DNA of 64,000 nucleotides from assembly GCF_030013205.1 (NCBI RefSeq), contig NZ_CP122648.1; one strand, written 5' to 3'. Under the pieces are notes generated by a model. It was not told the DNA's origin. It ran no database searches and was given only the letters and a program-made list of their open reading frames with translations. Shown one piece after another: positions 13,673 to 24,162 of the stretch. The translations under genes were made by a program, and so were the position numbers. Within the stretch, counting starts at the first letter, position 1. Every line of letters begins with the position of its first letter. Origin of the DNA: Escherichia coli (GTDB lineage Bacteria > Pseudomonadota > Gammaproteobacteria > Enterobacterales > Enterobacteriaceae).

Positions 13673-13920
13673 ATCGTATTCCCATTTGTAATAGACAAAA
13701 AAAAGAGAAAAGTAAGCCGCCCTTTCAGGTGGATTACTTTTCTCAGGTCTCTAGTAATTGCAATAAGAAATAACATGGAAAGTAGTGGTGTTGTGTGAGA
13801 GTAATCACGCTTCTGCTTTTTAAAATTATTTGACAATTCGAATATCACACTGTGATTACGATCACATTAGCGATTATGCCCTTATGATAAAAATTATCTC
13901 CAGTTACCAGAGATAATGAG

Positions 13921-13966
13921 AAAGGTAACTTCCCTCTCGCGGGGGAAGTTACCTTTCTTTTTTTTG
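13921..13966 (+). terminator. strong intrinsic terminator hairpin in the ygcW 5' leader
   Basis: perfect 14-bp stem aaaggtaacttccc / gggaagttaccttt with 8-nt loop, followed by cttttttttg; sits 24 nt upstream of the ygcW ATG. Confidence 0.6.
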
Positions 13967-13989
13967 CCTTACGGAAATTGGAGCTAACT

Positions 13990-14775
13990 ATGTCAATCGA
14001 ATCTCTCAATGCGTTCTCAATGGATTTTTTCTCCCTGAAAGGTAAAACCGCAATTGTTACCGGCGGGAATAGCGGTTTAGGCCAGGCATTTGCCATGGCG
14101 CTGGCCAAAGCAGGCGCAAATATCTTTATTCCAAGCTTCGTTAAAGATAACGGCGAAACAAAGGAAATGATTGAAAAACAGGGTGTTGAGGTGGACTTCA
14201 TGCAGGTGGATATCACCGCAGAAGGCGCGCCGCAGAAGATAATCGCCGCCTGTTGCGAACGTTTCGGTACCGTCGATATTCTGATTAACAATGCCGGTAT
14301 TTGTAAGCTGAATAAGGTGCTGGACTTCGGTCGTGCCGACTGGGACCCGATGATTGATGTGAACCTGACCGCCGCATTCGAGTTAAGCTATGAAGCTGCA
14401 AAAATTATGATCCCGCAGAAAAGCGGTAAAATCATTAATATCTGTTCATTATTCTCTTACTTAGGTGGACAATGGTCACCTGCATATTCTGCCACTAAAC
14501 ATGCTCTTGCCGGGTTCACCAAAGCTTATTGTGATGAACTAGGTCAATATAATATTCAGGTAAATGGTATTGCTCCGGGATATTACGCTACCGATATCAC
14601 TCTGGCGACCCGTAGTAATCCAGAAACTAACCAGCGCGTTCTTGATCATATTCCGGCAAACCGTTGGGGCGATACTCAGGATTTAATGGGCGCAGCCGTA
14701 TTCCTCGCAAGTCCGGCATCGAATTATGTCAACGGACATTTATTAGTGGTTGATGGCGGTTATTTAGTGCGCTAA
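13990..14775 (+). CDS. ygcW: short-chain dehydrogenase/reductase
   Basis: track ORF starts at a TTG at 13978; ATG at 13990 has RBS ggag 6 nt upstream; TGGNSGLG Rossmann motif and YxxxK catalytic pair. Confidence 0.8.
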   Translation: MSIESLNAFSMDFFSLKGKTAIVTGGNSGLGQAFAMALAKAGANIFIPSFVKDNGETKEMIEKQGVEVDFMQVDITAEGAPQKIIAACCERFGTVDILINNAGICKLNKVLDFGRADWDPMIDVNLTAAFELSYEAAKIMIPQKSGKIINICSLFSYLGGQWSPAYSATKHALAGFTKAYCDELGQYNIQVNGIAPGYYATDITLATRSNPETNQRVLDHIPANRWGDTQDLMGAAVFLASPASNYVNGHLLVVDGGYLVR

Positions 14776-14844
14776 TCCATAACGGTGGTTTCTGTTTTCT
14801 CTTATTAATGATTATTCCATTTTTATTATCAGGAAGGAATTACT

Positions 14845-16299
14845 ATGTCTTTATCTCGCGCAGCGATTGTCGACCAGCTAAAGGAAATTGTTGGTGCAGA
14901 TCGCGTAATTACCGATGAAACAGTATTAAAGAAGAACAGTATTGACCGTTTTCGCAAATTTCCGGATATTCATGGCATTTATACTTTGCCGATTCCGGCA
15001 GCGGTCGTAAAACTCGGTTCCACAGAACAAGTATCCCGTGTGCTGAATTTTATGAATGCGCACAAAATTAACGGTGTGCCTCGTACCGGTGCTTCCGCTA
15101 CCGAAGGTGGGCTGGAAACCGTTGTGGAAAACTCGGTGGTGCTCGACGGCTCTGCCATGAATCAAATCATTAATATTGATATTGAGAATATGCAGGCCAC
15201 GGCGCAATGCGGAGTTCCGCTGGAAGTGCTGGAAAACGCGTTGCGTGAAAAAGGTTACACCACGGGGCATTCTCCGCAGTCAAAGCCGCTGGCGCAGATG
15301 GGCGGCCTGGTAGCAACCCGCAGTATCGGGCAGTTCTCCACACTCTACGGCGCAATCGAAGATATGGTCGTTGGTCTGGAAGCAGTATTGGCTGATGGCA
15401 CCGTAACACGCATTAAAAACGTACCACGCCGCGCGGCAGGCCCGGACATTCGTCACATCATCATCGGCAACGAAGGTGCATTGTGCTATATCACTGAAGT
15501 AACAGTGAAAATCTTTAAGTTCACCCCGGAAAACAACCTCTTCTACGGCTATATCCTGGAAGACATGAAAACCGGCTTCAACATCCTGCGTGAAATCATG
15601 GTGGAAGGGTATCGTCCGTCGATCGCTCGTTTGTATGACGCTGAAGATGGCACCCAACACTTCACCCATTTTGCTGACGGAAAATGCGTGCTGATCTTTA
15701 TGGCTGAAGGTAACCCTCGCATTGCGAAGGCGACGGGCGAAGGGATTGCTGAAATCGTGGCACGTTACCCGCAATGCCAGCGAGTGGACAGCAAGCTGAT
15801 CGAAACCTGGTTTAACAACCTGAACTGGGGACCGGATAAAGTAGCTGCCGAACGTGTGCAGATCCTCAAAACCGGCAACATGGGCTTTACCACCGAAGTG
15901 TCCGGCTGCTGGAGCTGCATTCACGAAATCTACGAAAGCGTTATTAACCGTATTCGTACCGAGTTCCCGCACGCCGACGACATCACCATGCTGGGCGGTC
16001 ACTCCTCTCACAGCTACCAGAACGGCACCAACATGTACTTCGTTTACGACTACAACGTTGTTGACTGTAAGCCGGAAGAGGAAATCGACAAGTACCACAA
16101 TCCGCTCAACAAAATCATCTGCGAAGAAACCATTCGCCTCGGCGGTTCGATGGTGCACCACCACGGTATTGGTAAACATCGCGTTCACTGGAGCAAACTG
16201 GAACACGGCAGCGCGTGGACGTTGCTGGAAGGTCTGAAAAAACAGTTCGATCCTAACGGCATTATGAATACGGGTACTATCTATCCGATTGAAAAATAA
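14845..16299 (+). CDS. ygcU: FAD-linked oxidase
   Basis: 484-aa ORF with FAD-binding PCMH-type domain features. Confidence 0.8.
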   Translation: MSLSRAAIVDQLKEIVGADRVITDETVLKKNSIDRFRKFPDIHGIYTLPIPAAVVKLGSTEQVSRVLNFMNAHKINGVPRTGASATEGGLETVVENSVVLDGSAMNQIINIDIENMQATAQCGVPLEVLENALREKGYTTGHSPQSKPLAQMGGLVATRSIGQFSTLYGAIEDMVVGLEAVLADGTVTRIKNVPRRAAGPDIRHIIIGNEGALCYITEVTVKIFKFTPENNLFYGYILEDMKTGFNILREIMVEGYRPSIARLYDAEDGTQHFTHFADGKCVLIFMAEGNPRIAKATGEGIAEIVARYPQCQRVDSKLIETWFNNLNWGPDKVAAERVQILKTGNMGFTTEVSGCWSCIHEIYESVINRIRTEFPHADDITMLGGHSSHSYQNGTNMYFVYDYNVVDCKPEEEIDKYHNPLNKIICEETIRLGGSMVHHHGIGKHRVHWSKLEHGSAWTLLEGLKKQFDPNGIMNTGTIYPIEK

Positions 16300-16391
16300 T
16301 ATGTCAGGCAGCGTTCCGCTATGAGGGGCGTTGCCTTTTCGGCTTCTCAGGCGAGAAGCCGTTCTTATTACCGGACAATGAAGGGGTAAAG

Positions 16392-17729
16392 ATGAACACT
16401 TCACCGGTGCGAATGGATGATTTACCGCTTAACCGTTTTCACTGTCGAATTGCTGCGCTCACTTTCGGGGCGCACCTGACCGACGGTTATGTTCTCGGCG
16501 TCATTGGTTACGCCATTATTCAGCTTACACCCGCCATGCAACTGACGCCGTTTATGGCGGGAATGATTGGCGGCTCGGCGCTACTTGGCCTGTTTATCGG
16601 TAGCCTGGTTTTGGGGTGGATCTCCGACCATATTGGTCGGCAAAAAATCTTCACCTTCAGCTTTTTGCTGATTACGCTCGCTTCGTTCTTACAATTTTTT
16701 GCCACCACGCCAGAGCATCTTATTGGACTGCGCATTTTGATCGGCATTGGTCTGGGAGGCGATTACTCAGTAGGCCACACCTTGCTGGCTGAATTTTCTC
16801 CGCGCCGCCATCGCGGTATTTTGCTGGGCGCATTCAGCGTGGTGTGGACCGTAGGCTATGTGCTGGCAAGTATTGCCGGACATCACTTTATTAGCGAAAG
16901 CCCGGAGGCCTGGCGCTGGCTGCTGGCATCGGCAGCTCTGCCCGCATTGTTGATTACGTTATTACGCTGGGGAACGCCAGAATCGCCACGCTGGCTACTG
17001 CGCCAGGGGCGTTTTGCAGAAGCTCACGCTATCGTGCATCGCTATTTTGGTCCCCATGTTTTACTGGGCGATGAAGTGGCAACGGCGACCCATAAACACA
17101 TCAAAACCTTGTTCTCTTCGCGCTACTGGCGGCGCACGGCGTTTAACAGCGTCTTCTTTGTCTGCCTCGTAATCCCATGGTTTGTGATTTATACCTGGCT
17201 GCCAACTATCGCCCAGACTATTGGTCTGGAAGATGCGTTGACCGCTAGCCTGATGCTTAATGCGTTGTTAATTGTGGGTGCGCTGCTGGGATTAGTTCTG
17301 ACGCACCTGCTGGCACATCGCAAATTTTTGCTGGGAAGTTTTTTGCTGCTGGCGGCAACGCTGGTAGTGATGGCTTGTTTGCCTTCCGGCAGTTCATTAA
17401 CGCTGCTGCTTTTTGTTCTCTTCAGCACCACCATTTCGGCAGTCAGTAATCTGGTGGGCATTTTGCCTGCGGAAAGTTTTCCTACTGACATTCGCTCGCT
17501 GGGCGTCGGTTTTGCCACCGCCATGAGTCGGTTGGGCGCGGCAGTAAGTACTGGCCTGCTGCCGTGGGTGCTGGCGCAGTGGGGAATGCAAGTCACCTTA
17601 TTGCTCCTGGCGGCTGTGTTGTTGGTTGGTTTTGTCGTGACCTGGCTATGGGCACCAGAAACCAAAGCACTCCCGCTGGTGGCGGCGGGAAATGTTGGAG
17701 GTGCGAATGAACATTCTGTTAGCGTTTAA
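16392..17729 (+). CDS. ygcS: MFS transporter
   Basis: 445-aa hydrophobic ORF with sugar-porter-like motifs (GRQKIF). Confidence 0.75.
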   Translation: MNTSPVRMDDLPLNRFHCRIAALTFGAHLTDGYVLGVIGYAIIQLTPAMQLTPFMAGMIGGSALLGLFIGSLVLGWISDHIGRQKIFTFSFLLITLASFLQFFATTPEHLIGLRILIGIGLGGDYSVGHTLLAEFSPRRHRGILLGAFSVVWTVGYVLASIAGHHFISESPEAWRWLLASAALPALLITLLRWGTPESPRWLLRQGRFAEAHAIVHRYFGPHVLLGDEVATATHKHIKTLFSSRYWRRTAFNSVFFVCLVIPWFVIYTWLPTIAQTIGLEDALTASLMLNALLIVGALLGLVLTHLLAHRKFLLGSFLLLAATLVVMACLPSGSSLTLLLFVLFSTTISAVSNLVGILPAESFPTDIRSLGVGFATAMSRLGAAVSTGLLPWVLAQWGMQVTLLLLAAVLLVGFVVTWLWAPETKALPLVAAGNVGGANEHSVSV

Positions 17730-18486
17730 AGCCGAACCGGATGCCGGAATGCTGGCGGAAAAAGAGTGGCAGGCGGCGGCTCAGGGTAATAGCGGACCGG
17801 ATGTTTCGCTTCTGCGAAGTTTACTCGGTGCTGATGAACAGGCTGCCGCCGCGCTGCTGTTGACGCAGAGAAAAAACGGTACGTCGATGTCTTTAACCGC
17901 GTTGAGCATGGGGGATGAACGGGCGTTGCACTGGCTGCGCTATCTCATGGCTCATGGGTTTGAGGAAGCTGTATTGCTGGAGACGGCGGCAGATCTGCGC
18001 TTTGCGCCGGAATTTGTCGCTCGCCATATTGCCGAATGGCAGTACCAGAATCCGCTGGATCTGATAATTACCGGCTGCCAAAGCAGCGAAGGGCAGAATG
18101 GGCAAACGCCATTTTTGCTGGCGGAAATGCTGGGCTGGCCCTGCTTCACCCAGGTGGAGCGTTTTACTCTCGACGCGCCGTTTATCACCCTTGAACAGCG
18201 TACTGAAAACGGGCTGCGCTGTTGCCGGGTTCGCTTGCCTGCGGTGATTGCCGTGCGTCAGTGCGGTGAAGTGGCCTTGCCAGTACCGGGAATGCGTCAG
18301 CGAATGGCGGCGGGGAAAGCAGAAATTATCCGTAAAACTGTTGCTGCCGAATCGCCAGCGATGCAGTGTCGGCAACTGGCAAGAGCAGAGCAACAACGCG
18401 GAGCGACGCTGATTGATGGGCAAACGGTAGCAGAAAAAGCGCAAAAGCTATGGCAGGACTATTTACGCCAAAGGATGCAGCCATGA
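17707..18486 (+). CDS. ygcR: electron-transfer-flavoprotein beta-subunit-like protein
   Basis: internal ATG at 17707 gives 259 aa; ETF-beta/FixA-like sequence. Confidence 0.7.
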   Translation: MNILLAFKAEPDAGMLAEKEWQAAAQGNSGPDVSLLRSLLGADEQAAAALLLTQRKNGTSMSLTALSMGDERALHWLRYLMAHGFEEAVLLETAADLRFAPEFVARHIAEWQYQNPLDLIITGCQSSEGQNGQTPFLLAEMLGWPCFTQVERFTLDAPFITLEQRTENGLRCCRVRLPAVIAVRQCGEVALPVPGMRQRMAAGKAEIIRKTVAAESPAMQCRQLARAEQQRGATLIDGQTVAEKAQKLWQDYLRQRMQP

Positions 18487-19343
18487 ATCTCGCAATTGTG
18501 ACAATAAATCAGGAGAATGCCGCAATAGCGAGCTGGCTGGCAGAACAGGATTTCAGCGGTTGTACCCTGGCACACTGGCAGATTGAACCTCAGCCCGTAG
18601 TGGCGGAACAGGTGCTGGATGCGCTGGTGGAACAGTGGCAGCGAACGCCAGCGGACGTTGTTCTCTTTCCGCCGGGAACGTTTGGTGATGAACTGTCGAC
18701 CCGGCTGGCCTGGCGTTTACATGGTGCAAGCATCTGCCAGGTGACTTCGTTAGATATTTCAACCGTAAGCGTGCGCAAATCCCACTGGGGAAATGCGCTA
18801 ACGGCGACGCTGCAAACAGAAAAACGCCCGCTATGCCTTTCCCTGGCGCGTCAGGCGGGAGCAGCGAAAAACGCCACGTTGCCCTCTGGTATGCAGCAAC
18901 TGAAAATTGTCCCAGGTGCGCTTCCCGACTGGCTGGTTAGCATAGAGAATCTGAAAAATGTTAGCCGCGACCCATTAGCTGAAGCCAGACGGGTGCTGGT
19001 GGTGGGGCAGGGCGGAGAGGCAGATAACCAGGAAATCGCTATGCTGGCAGAAAAGCTGGGAGCCGAAGTGGGCTACAGTCGGGCACGAGTGATGAACGGT
19101 GGCGTTGATGCCGAAAAAGTGATTGGTATTTCCGGACATCTGCTGGCACCTGAGGTGTGTATTGTTGTTGGCGCTTCCGGCGCAGCAGCGTTAATGGCGG
19201 GCGTCCGCAATAGCAAGTTTGTGGTGGCGATTAATCATGACGCCAGCGCGGCGGTATTTTCACAGGCAGATGTTGGCGTGGTTGATGACTGGAAAGCGGT
19301 GCTGGAGGCACTGGTGACAAACATTCACGCAGATTGCCAATAA
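18483..19343 (+). CDS. ygcQ: electron-transfer-flavoprotein alpha-subunit-like protein
   Basis: internal ATG at 18483 gives 286 aa and overlaps the ygcR stop; ETF-alpha/FixB-like FAD-binding C-terminus. Confidence 0.7.
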   Translation: MNLAIVTINQENAAIASWLAEQDFSGCTLAHWQIEPQPVVAEQVLDALVEQWQRTPADVVLFPPGTFGDELSTRLAWRLHGASICQVTSLDISTVSVRKSHWGNALTATLQTEKRPLCLSLARQAGAAKNATLPSGMQQLKIVPGALPDWLVSIENLKNVSRDPLAEARRVLVVGQGGEADNQEIAMLAEKLGAEVGYSRARVMNGGVDAEKVIGISGHLLAPEVCIVVGASGAAALMAGVRNSKFVVAINHDASAAVFSQADVGVVDDWKAVLEALVTNIHADCQ

Positions 19344-19344
19344 C

Positions 19345-19460
19345 GTGCAGCCGGATGATCCTGCCTACGGTTCTGGGCTGGGGACTTGTAAGCCTGATAA
19401 GACGCGTCAAGCGTCGCATCAGGCGCTGAATGTCGGATGTGGCGTGCAGCCTACAAATCA
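19345..19460. repeat. REP/BIME palindromic elements
   Basis: gcctgataagacgcgtcaagcgtcgcatcaggc and flanking ggatg/catcc palindromes, typical enterobacterial REP sequence. Confidence 0.6.
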
Positions 19461-19489
19461 CACAAATTCAATTCGTTACGATTATCCCG

Positions 19490-20065
19490 TCAAAGCAATT
19501 TTTTCGCTAGCGTCCAGACCCCGGTATTCGTGGTGGAAAGCGCCACAACACCCGCGTTAATCGCATTACGCGCATCTTCTTCATCGCACACCAGCCCGCC
19601 GGCAATCAGCGGTTGGCGGATTTTCTCCGTCACCCAGCCCAGCACTTTGGGCATACAGCCTGGCAGGATCTCAATACAATCCGGATTCGATTGCGCAACT
19701 TGCTTATCAATGTTGTGAAACGAAATTGAATCAACAATAAACAGGCGATGAATACAGAAAAAACCTTCCGCTCTTGCCGCTTTCAACATTGAGGCTTTGG
19801 TACTGATAATGCCGTCCGCCTCAGTCACCAGTTTCAAAAACTGAATCACCACTTCTTTATTTGACGCGCCTTCCAGCAAATCAACATGAATAAAAGCATA
19901 TTTTCCGGCGTTCTTAATCTTTTTAACGATATTACTGATGGTGCAGATATTGCCGTACAACACGGAAATAAACTGGCATTCAGAGTCGATTGCCAGTTGC
20001 AGGCTGGCATTATCTTTAACGGCAGCAATCACCGGATTCTGGCGGAGCAGGTGTAAGAGGGGCAT
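19490..20065 (-). CDS. ygcP: GlpP-family glycerol-3-phosphate-responsive antiterminator-like protein
   Basis: 191-aa ORF with GlpP-like sequence. Confidence 0.7.
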   Translation of the reverse strand: MPLLHLLRQNPVIAAVKDNASLQLAIDSECQFISVLYGNICTISNIVKKIKNAGKYAFIHVDLLEGASNKEVVIQFLKLVTEADGIISTKASMLKAARAEGFFCIHRLFIVDSISFHNIDKQVAQSNPDCIEILPGCMPKVLGWVTEKIRQPLIAGGLVCDEEDARNAINAGVVALSTTNTGVWTLAKKLL

Positions 20066-20081
20066 AAATTATCCTTATTAT

Positions 20082-20342
20082 TTATCCAAAACGGTAGGTG
20101 ATGCCGAATCCGGAAGGCGGATAGCGCCACTGTTGTAGTGTTGATTCGTCGCACAGCAAACGGCAGGTGCCACACTCCAGGCAGCCGCGATAATCAACGC
20201 GTAAGTCACCTTCCGGTGTGAGCGAAAAAAGACCAGCCGGACAAGCGTTAATCAACCGTTGTACCGTCTGACGCTCAACGGAGTCAGCCGGAACAATGTG
20301 CGGCGCATCGGCAACGCGCCAGAGATTACGGGCTACAGACAT
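20082..20342 (-). CDS. ygcO: ferredoxin-like protein (FixX-like)
   Basis: internal ATG gives 86 aa; Cys motif CLECGTCRLLC. Confidence 0.65.
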   Translation of the reverse strand: MSVARNLWRVADAPHIVPADSVERQTVQRLINACPAGLFSLTPEGDLRVDYRGCLECGTCRLLCDESTLQQWRYPPSGFGITYRFG

Positions 20343-21604
20343 CGCAGACTCCTGATAACATCGCCCGCCAGATGCCACAGGCCGTGACGACGTAAATGAC
20401 GCCAGAATAACTGGCGCAGCGGTGGAACAGGTTTATCACCCTGATCCCATAAATCGCGGGAAATATCCTGCATTAACGCAGGCCACGCACGGTACCATCC
20501 AGGGCGTTGCAAAAGCGCCGGAACATGCTGATAACGTTGTAGAACATCCCATAGCAGGCTGCGCTCGACGTTGTGATGATAAAGCGCAAACAGATTTTGC
20601 GGCTCGCGGTGCTGGCAGGCGCTTATCAGCGTTTGTGCCGCCGCCTGCGCGCCAGTTAGCGCCATATCCATGCCGCGCACGGAAATTCCGGTATTGACGC
20701 AACTGCGCAACGTATCGCCCACCAGCAGCCAGCCGTTACCGGCGTATTGCACCGGCATACTGTGCAAGCCACCTTCTGGCACCAGATGCGCACCATACTC
20801 CAGTGATTCCGTGTTTTTGATAAGCGGGCGCACTGCCGGATGCGTTTTAAAGCGAGCCAGCAGCTCGCATGCCGGAGCACGACTTTGCGTAAGGGAGGAG
20901 AGCGGGCAAACAATCCCTAACGAGAGCGTTTGTTGATTAGTATAAAGAAATGCGCCGCCGGGTAAGTCATCACAGATCCCGCCGCTGAACAGCAACGCTG
21001 CGCCTTCGTTATTCTCCAGATGAAAACGTTCTTCAATAGCGGATGTTTCCAGCGACAGCACTTCTTTGATTCCTAACGCCATTGATTCGCCAGCAGGACG
21101 AGTCACTAACCCGTGACGTTCAGCCAGGACGCTGTTGGCACCTTCTGCCAGCACCACATAACGGGCGCGGAGAATATCGTCACCACAAATGACACCACAC
21201 ACCCTGCCGTTTTCTTCATACAGCGCATCCACCGTCGCACCAGGGATGCATTCGACACCTTCTTTTTCGGCTTCGGCAACCAGCCACGGATCGAACCGTG
21301 CACGTAATACACTCCAGGATTCACCGCCGGGCTGTAAGCTGGAAAACGTCGTTGCGCCATCCGGCGTTAGCAGAGAAAGGCTTTCGTGAGTGATGCGTCG
21401 TTCAAGAGGCGCGGTCAGATGAAATTGTGGGAGGAGTTCCGCGAGCGCCTGGGTATATAAACGCCCGCCGGAAAGATTTTTGCTGCCGGGGATTTCAGCG
21501 CGTTCCAGTAACAAAACGGATAAACCCGCTCGCGCGCAGCGTAACGCGCAAGCGGTGCCTGCAATACCGGCACCAATAATAATAATGTCGCAGTCGTCTT
21601 CCAT
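20333..21604 (-). CDS. ygcN: FAD-dependent oxidoreductase (FixC-like)
   Basis: internal ATG gives 423 aa; N-terminal dinucleotide-binding motif IIIGAGIAG. Confidence 0.75.
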   Translation of the reverse strand: MEDDCDIIIIGAGIAGTACALRCARAGLSVLLLERAEIPGSKNLSGGRLYTQALAELLPQFHLTAPLERRITHESLSLLTPDGATTFSSLQPGGESWSVLRARFDPWLVAEAEKEGVECIPGATVDALYEENGRVCGVICGDDILRARYVVLAEGANSVLAERHGLVTRPAGESMALGIKEVLSLETSAIEERFHLENNEGAALLFSGGICDDLPGGAFLYTNQQTLSLGIVCPLSSLTQSRAPACELLARFKTHPAVRPLIKNTESLEYGAHLVPEGGLHSMPVQYAGNGWLLVGDTLRSCVNTGISVRGMDMALTGAQAAAQTLISACQHREPQNLFALYHHNVERSLLWDVLQRYQHVPALLQRPGWYRAWPALMQDISRDLWDQGDKPVPPLRQLFWRHLRRHGLWHLAGDVIRSLRCL

Positions 21605-21681
21605 GTCATGCCCCAGATATCCAGAACACAACACCCTAACATAGCGTTACTTAAGGGAAATTGACCGCCGACACACTCTTA

Positions 21682-22047
21682 TCATTCGCCGCGATAGATG
21701 CAACCTGCGGTGCAGGTTTCTTTCACCATAACCGCACTTAACAGCGGAACAACCGGTTTAACCTGATCCCAAATCCATTTTGCTAAAACCTCGCTGGTCG
21801 GGTTTTCCAGGCCAGGAATATCATTGAGATAATAGTGATCGAGGCGCTCGTAGGTTGGCTTAAACGCCGCTTTTAGTTCAGCGAAATCGATAATCCAGCC
21901 CGTATGCGGATCGACTTCCCCGGTAATTTCCAGTCGCACCATAAAGGAATGCCCGTGCAGGCGACCACATTTATGCCCTTCCGGGACGTGTGGTAAGCGG
22001 TGAGCGGCTTCGAAGGTGAAATCTTTAAATAACGTGGTGGACATCAT
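21682..22047 (-). CDS. queD: 6-carboxy-5,6,7,8-tetrahydropterin synthase
   Basis: 121 aa from MMSTTLFKD; CxxxHGH motif (CGRLHGHSF); divergent from cysJ. Confidence 0.85.
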   Translation of the reverse strand: MMSTTLFKDFTFEAAHRLPHVPEGHKCGRLHGHSFMVRLEITGEVDPHTGWIIDFAELKAAFKPTYERLDHYYLNDIPGLENPTSEVLAKWIWDQVKPVVPLLSAVMVKETCTAGCIYRGE

Positions 22048-22362
22048 AATTTCTCTACATGACGATAAAACCGCCGTAGAGTACCGGAAAGGCTGTTTTT
22101 TCGCATTATCTAAAACGACTTTGTTGCGCAAAATCGCTGATTTATCTTAATGATTGGCTAAATTCATTTGTTTTTCATTGGGTTGGTTAATCTGTTTTGT
22201 TGTTAAAGACTATTGCTAAAACAGGTTAGTCGATTTGGTTATTAGTTATCGCTATCCCGTCTTTAATCCACACCGTTCACCCCGTTAACCTTACCTTCTC
22301 TTCTGTTTTATGGGCGCTGACAGGGCGCAGAAACAGCTTTGCTTACTGGAACATAACGACGC

Positions 22363-24162
22363 ATGACGACACAGGTCCCACCTTCCGCGTTGCTTCCGTT
22401 GAACCCGGAGCAACTGGCACGCCTTCAGGCGGCCACGACCGATTTAACTCCCACCCAGCTTGCCTGGGTTTCTGGCTATTTCTGGGGCGTGCTCAACCAG
22501 CAGCCTGCTGCGCTTGCAGCGACGCCAGCGCCCGCCGCAGAAATGCCGGGTATAACTATTATCTCTGCTTCGCAAACCGGCAATGCGCGCCGGATTGCTG
22601 AAGCATTACGCGATGATTTATTGACGGCAAAACTGAACGTTAAGCTGGTGAACGCGGGCGACTATAAATTCAAACAAATCGCCAGCGAAAAACTGCTTAT
22701 CGTGGTGACGTCAACGCAAGGGGAAGGGGAACCGCCGGAAGAAGCCGTCGCGCTGCATAAGTTCCTGTTCTCCAAAAAAGCGCCGAAGCTGGAAAACACC
22801 GCGTTTGCCGTGTTTAGCCTCGGCGATAGTTCTTATGAATTTTTCTGCCAGTCCGGGAAAGATTTTGACAGTAAGCTGGCGGAACTGGGCGGTGAACGCC
22901 TGCTCGACCGTGTCGATGCCGACGTTGAATACCAGGCTGCTGCCAGCGAGTGGCGCGCCCGCGTGGTTGATGCGCTTAAATCGCGTGCGCCTGTCGCGGC
23001 ACCTTCGCAATCCGTCGCTACTGGCGCGGTAAATGAAATCCACACCAGCCCGTACAGCAAAGACGCGCCGCTGGTGGCGAGCCTCTCTGTTAACCAGAAA
23101 ATTACCGGGCGTAACTCTGAAAAAGACGTTCGCCATATCGAAATTGACTTAGGTGACTCGGGCCTGCGTTACCAGCCGGGTGACGCGCTGGGTGTCTGGT
23201 ATCAGAACGATCCGGCACTGGTGAAAGAACTTGTCGAACTGCTGTGGCTGAAAGGTGATGAACCTGTCACCGTTGAGGGCAAAACCCTGCCGCTGAACGA
23301 AGCGCTACAGTGGCACTTCGAACTGACCGTCAACACCGCCAACATTGTTGAGAACTATGCCACGCTTACCCGCAGCGAAACGCTGCTGCCGCTGGTGGGC
23401 GATAAAGCGAAGTTACAGCATTACGCCGCGACGACGCCGATTGTCGACATGGTGCGTTTCTCTCCGGCGCAACTGGATGCCGAAGCGCTGATTAACCTGC
23501 TGCGCCCGCTGACCCCGCGCCTGTATTCCATCGCCTCCTCGCAGGCGGAAGTCGAGAACGAAGTACACGTCACCGTTGGCGTGGTGCGTTACGACGTGGA
23601 AGGCCGCGCCCGTGCCGGTGGTGCCTCCAGCTTCCTCGCGGACCGCGTGGAAGAAGAGGGCGAAGTCCGCGTCTTTATCGAACATAACGATAACTTCCGC
23701 CTGCCAGCCAATCCGGAAACCCCGGTGATTATGATTGGCCCAGGCACCGGCATCGCGCCGTTCCGCGCCTTTATGCAGCAGCGCGCTGCTGACGAAGCGC
23801 CGGGTAAAAACTGGTTGTTCTTTGGCAACCCGCACTTTACGGAAGATTTCCTCTACCAGGTGGAGTGGCAGCGCTACGTGAAAGAAGGCGTATTGAGCCG
23901 CATCGATCTTGCCTGGTCGCGCGACCAAAAAGAAAAAGTTTATGTACAAGACAAACTGCGCGAACAGGGCGCGGAGCTGTGGCGCTGGATCAATGACGGT
24001 GCCCGCATTTATGTCTGCGGCGACGCTAATCGCATGGCGAAAGACGTTGAGCAGGCACTTCTGGAAGTGATTGCCGAATTTGGTGGCATGGACACCGAAG
24101 CGGCGGATGAATTTTTAAGTGAGCTGCGCGTAGAGCGCCGTTATCAGCGAGATGTCTACTAA
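22363..24162 (+). CDS. cysJ: sulfite reductase (NADPH) flavoprotein alpha subunit
   Basis: 599-aa ORF with flavodoxin-like, FAD and NADPH domains. Confidence 0.95.
   Translation: MTTQVPPSALLPLNPEQLARLQAATTDLTPTQLAWVSGYFWGVLNQQPAALAATPAPAAEMPGITIISASQTGNARRIAEALRDDLLTAKLNVKLVNAGDYKFKQIASEKLLIVVTSTQGEGEPPEEAVALHKFLFSKKAPKLENTAFAVFSLGDSSYEFFCQSGKDFDSKLAELGGERLLDRVDADVEYQAAASEWRARVVDALKSRAPVAAPSQSVATGAVNEIHTSPYSKDAPLVASLSVNQKITGRNSEKDVRHIEIDLGDSGLRYQPGDALGVWYQNDPALVKELVELLWLKGDEPVTVEGKTLPLNEALQWHFELTVNTANIVENYATLTRSETLLPLVGDKAKLQHYAATTPIVDMVRFSPAQLDAEALINLLRPLTPRLYSIASSQAEVENEVHVTVGVVRYDVEGRARAGGASSFLADRVEEEGEVRVFIEHNDNFRLPANPETPVIMIGPGTGIAPFRAFMQQRAADEAPGKNWLFFGNPHFTEDFLYQVEWQRYVKEGVLSRIDLAWSRDQKEKVYVQDKLREQGAELWRWINDGARIYVCGDANRMAKDVEQALLEVIAEFGGMDTEAADEFLSELRVERRYQRDVY

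Noticed and set aside
15280-16404. 374-aa ORF on the minus strand
   Set aside because: Antisense to ygcU; no recognisable domains; typical shadow ORF.
22711-23136. 141-aa ORF antisense to cysJ
   Set aside because: Shadow ORF inside a well-supported gene.
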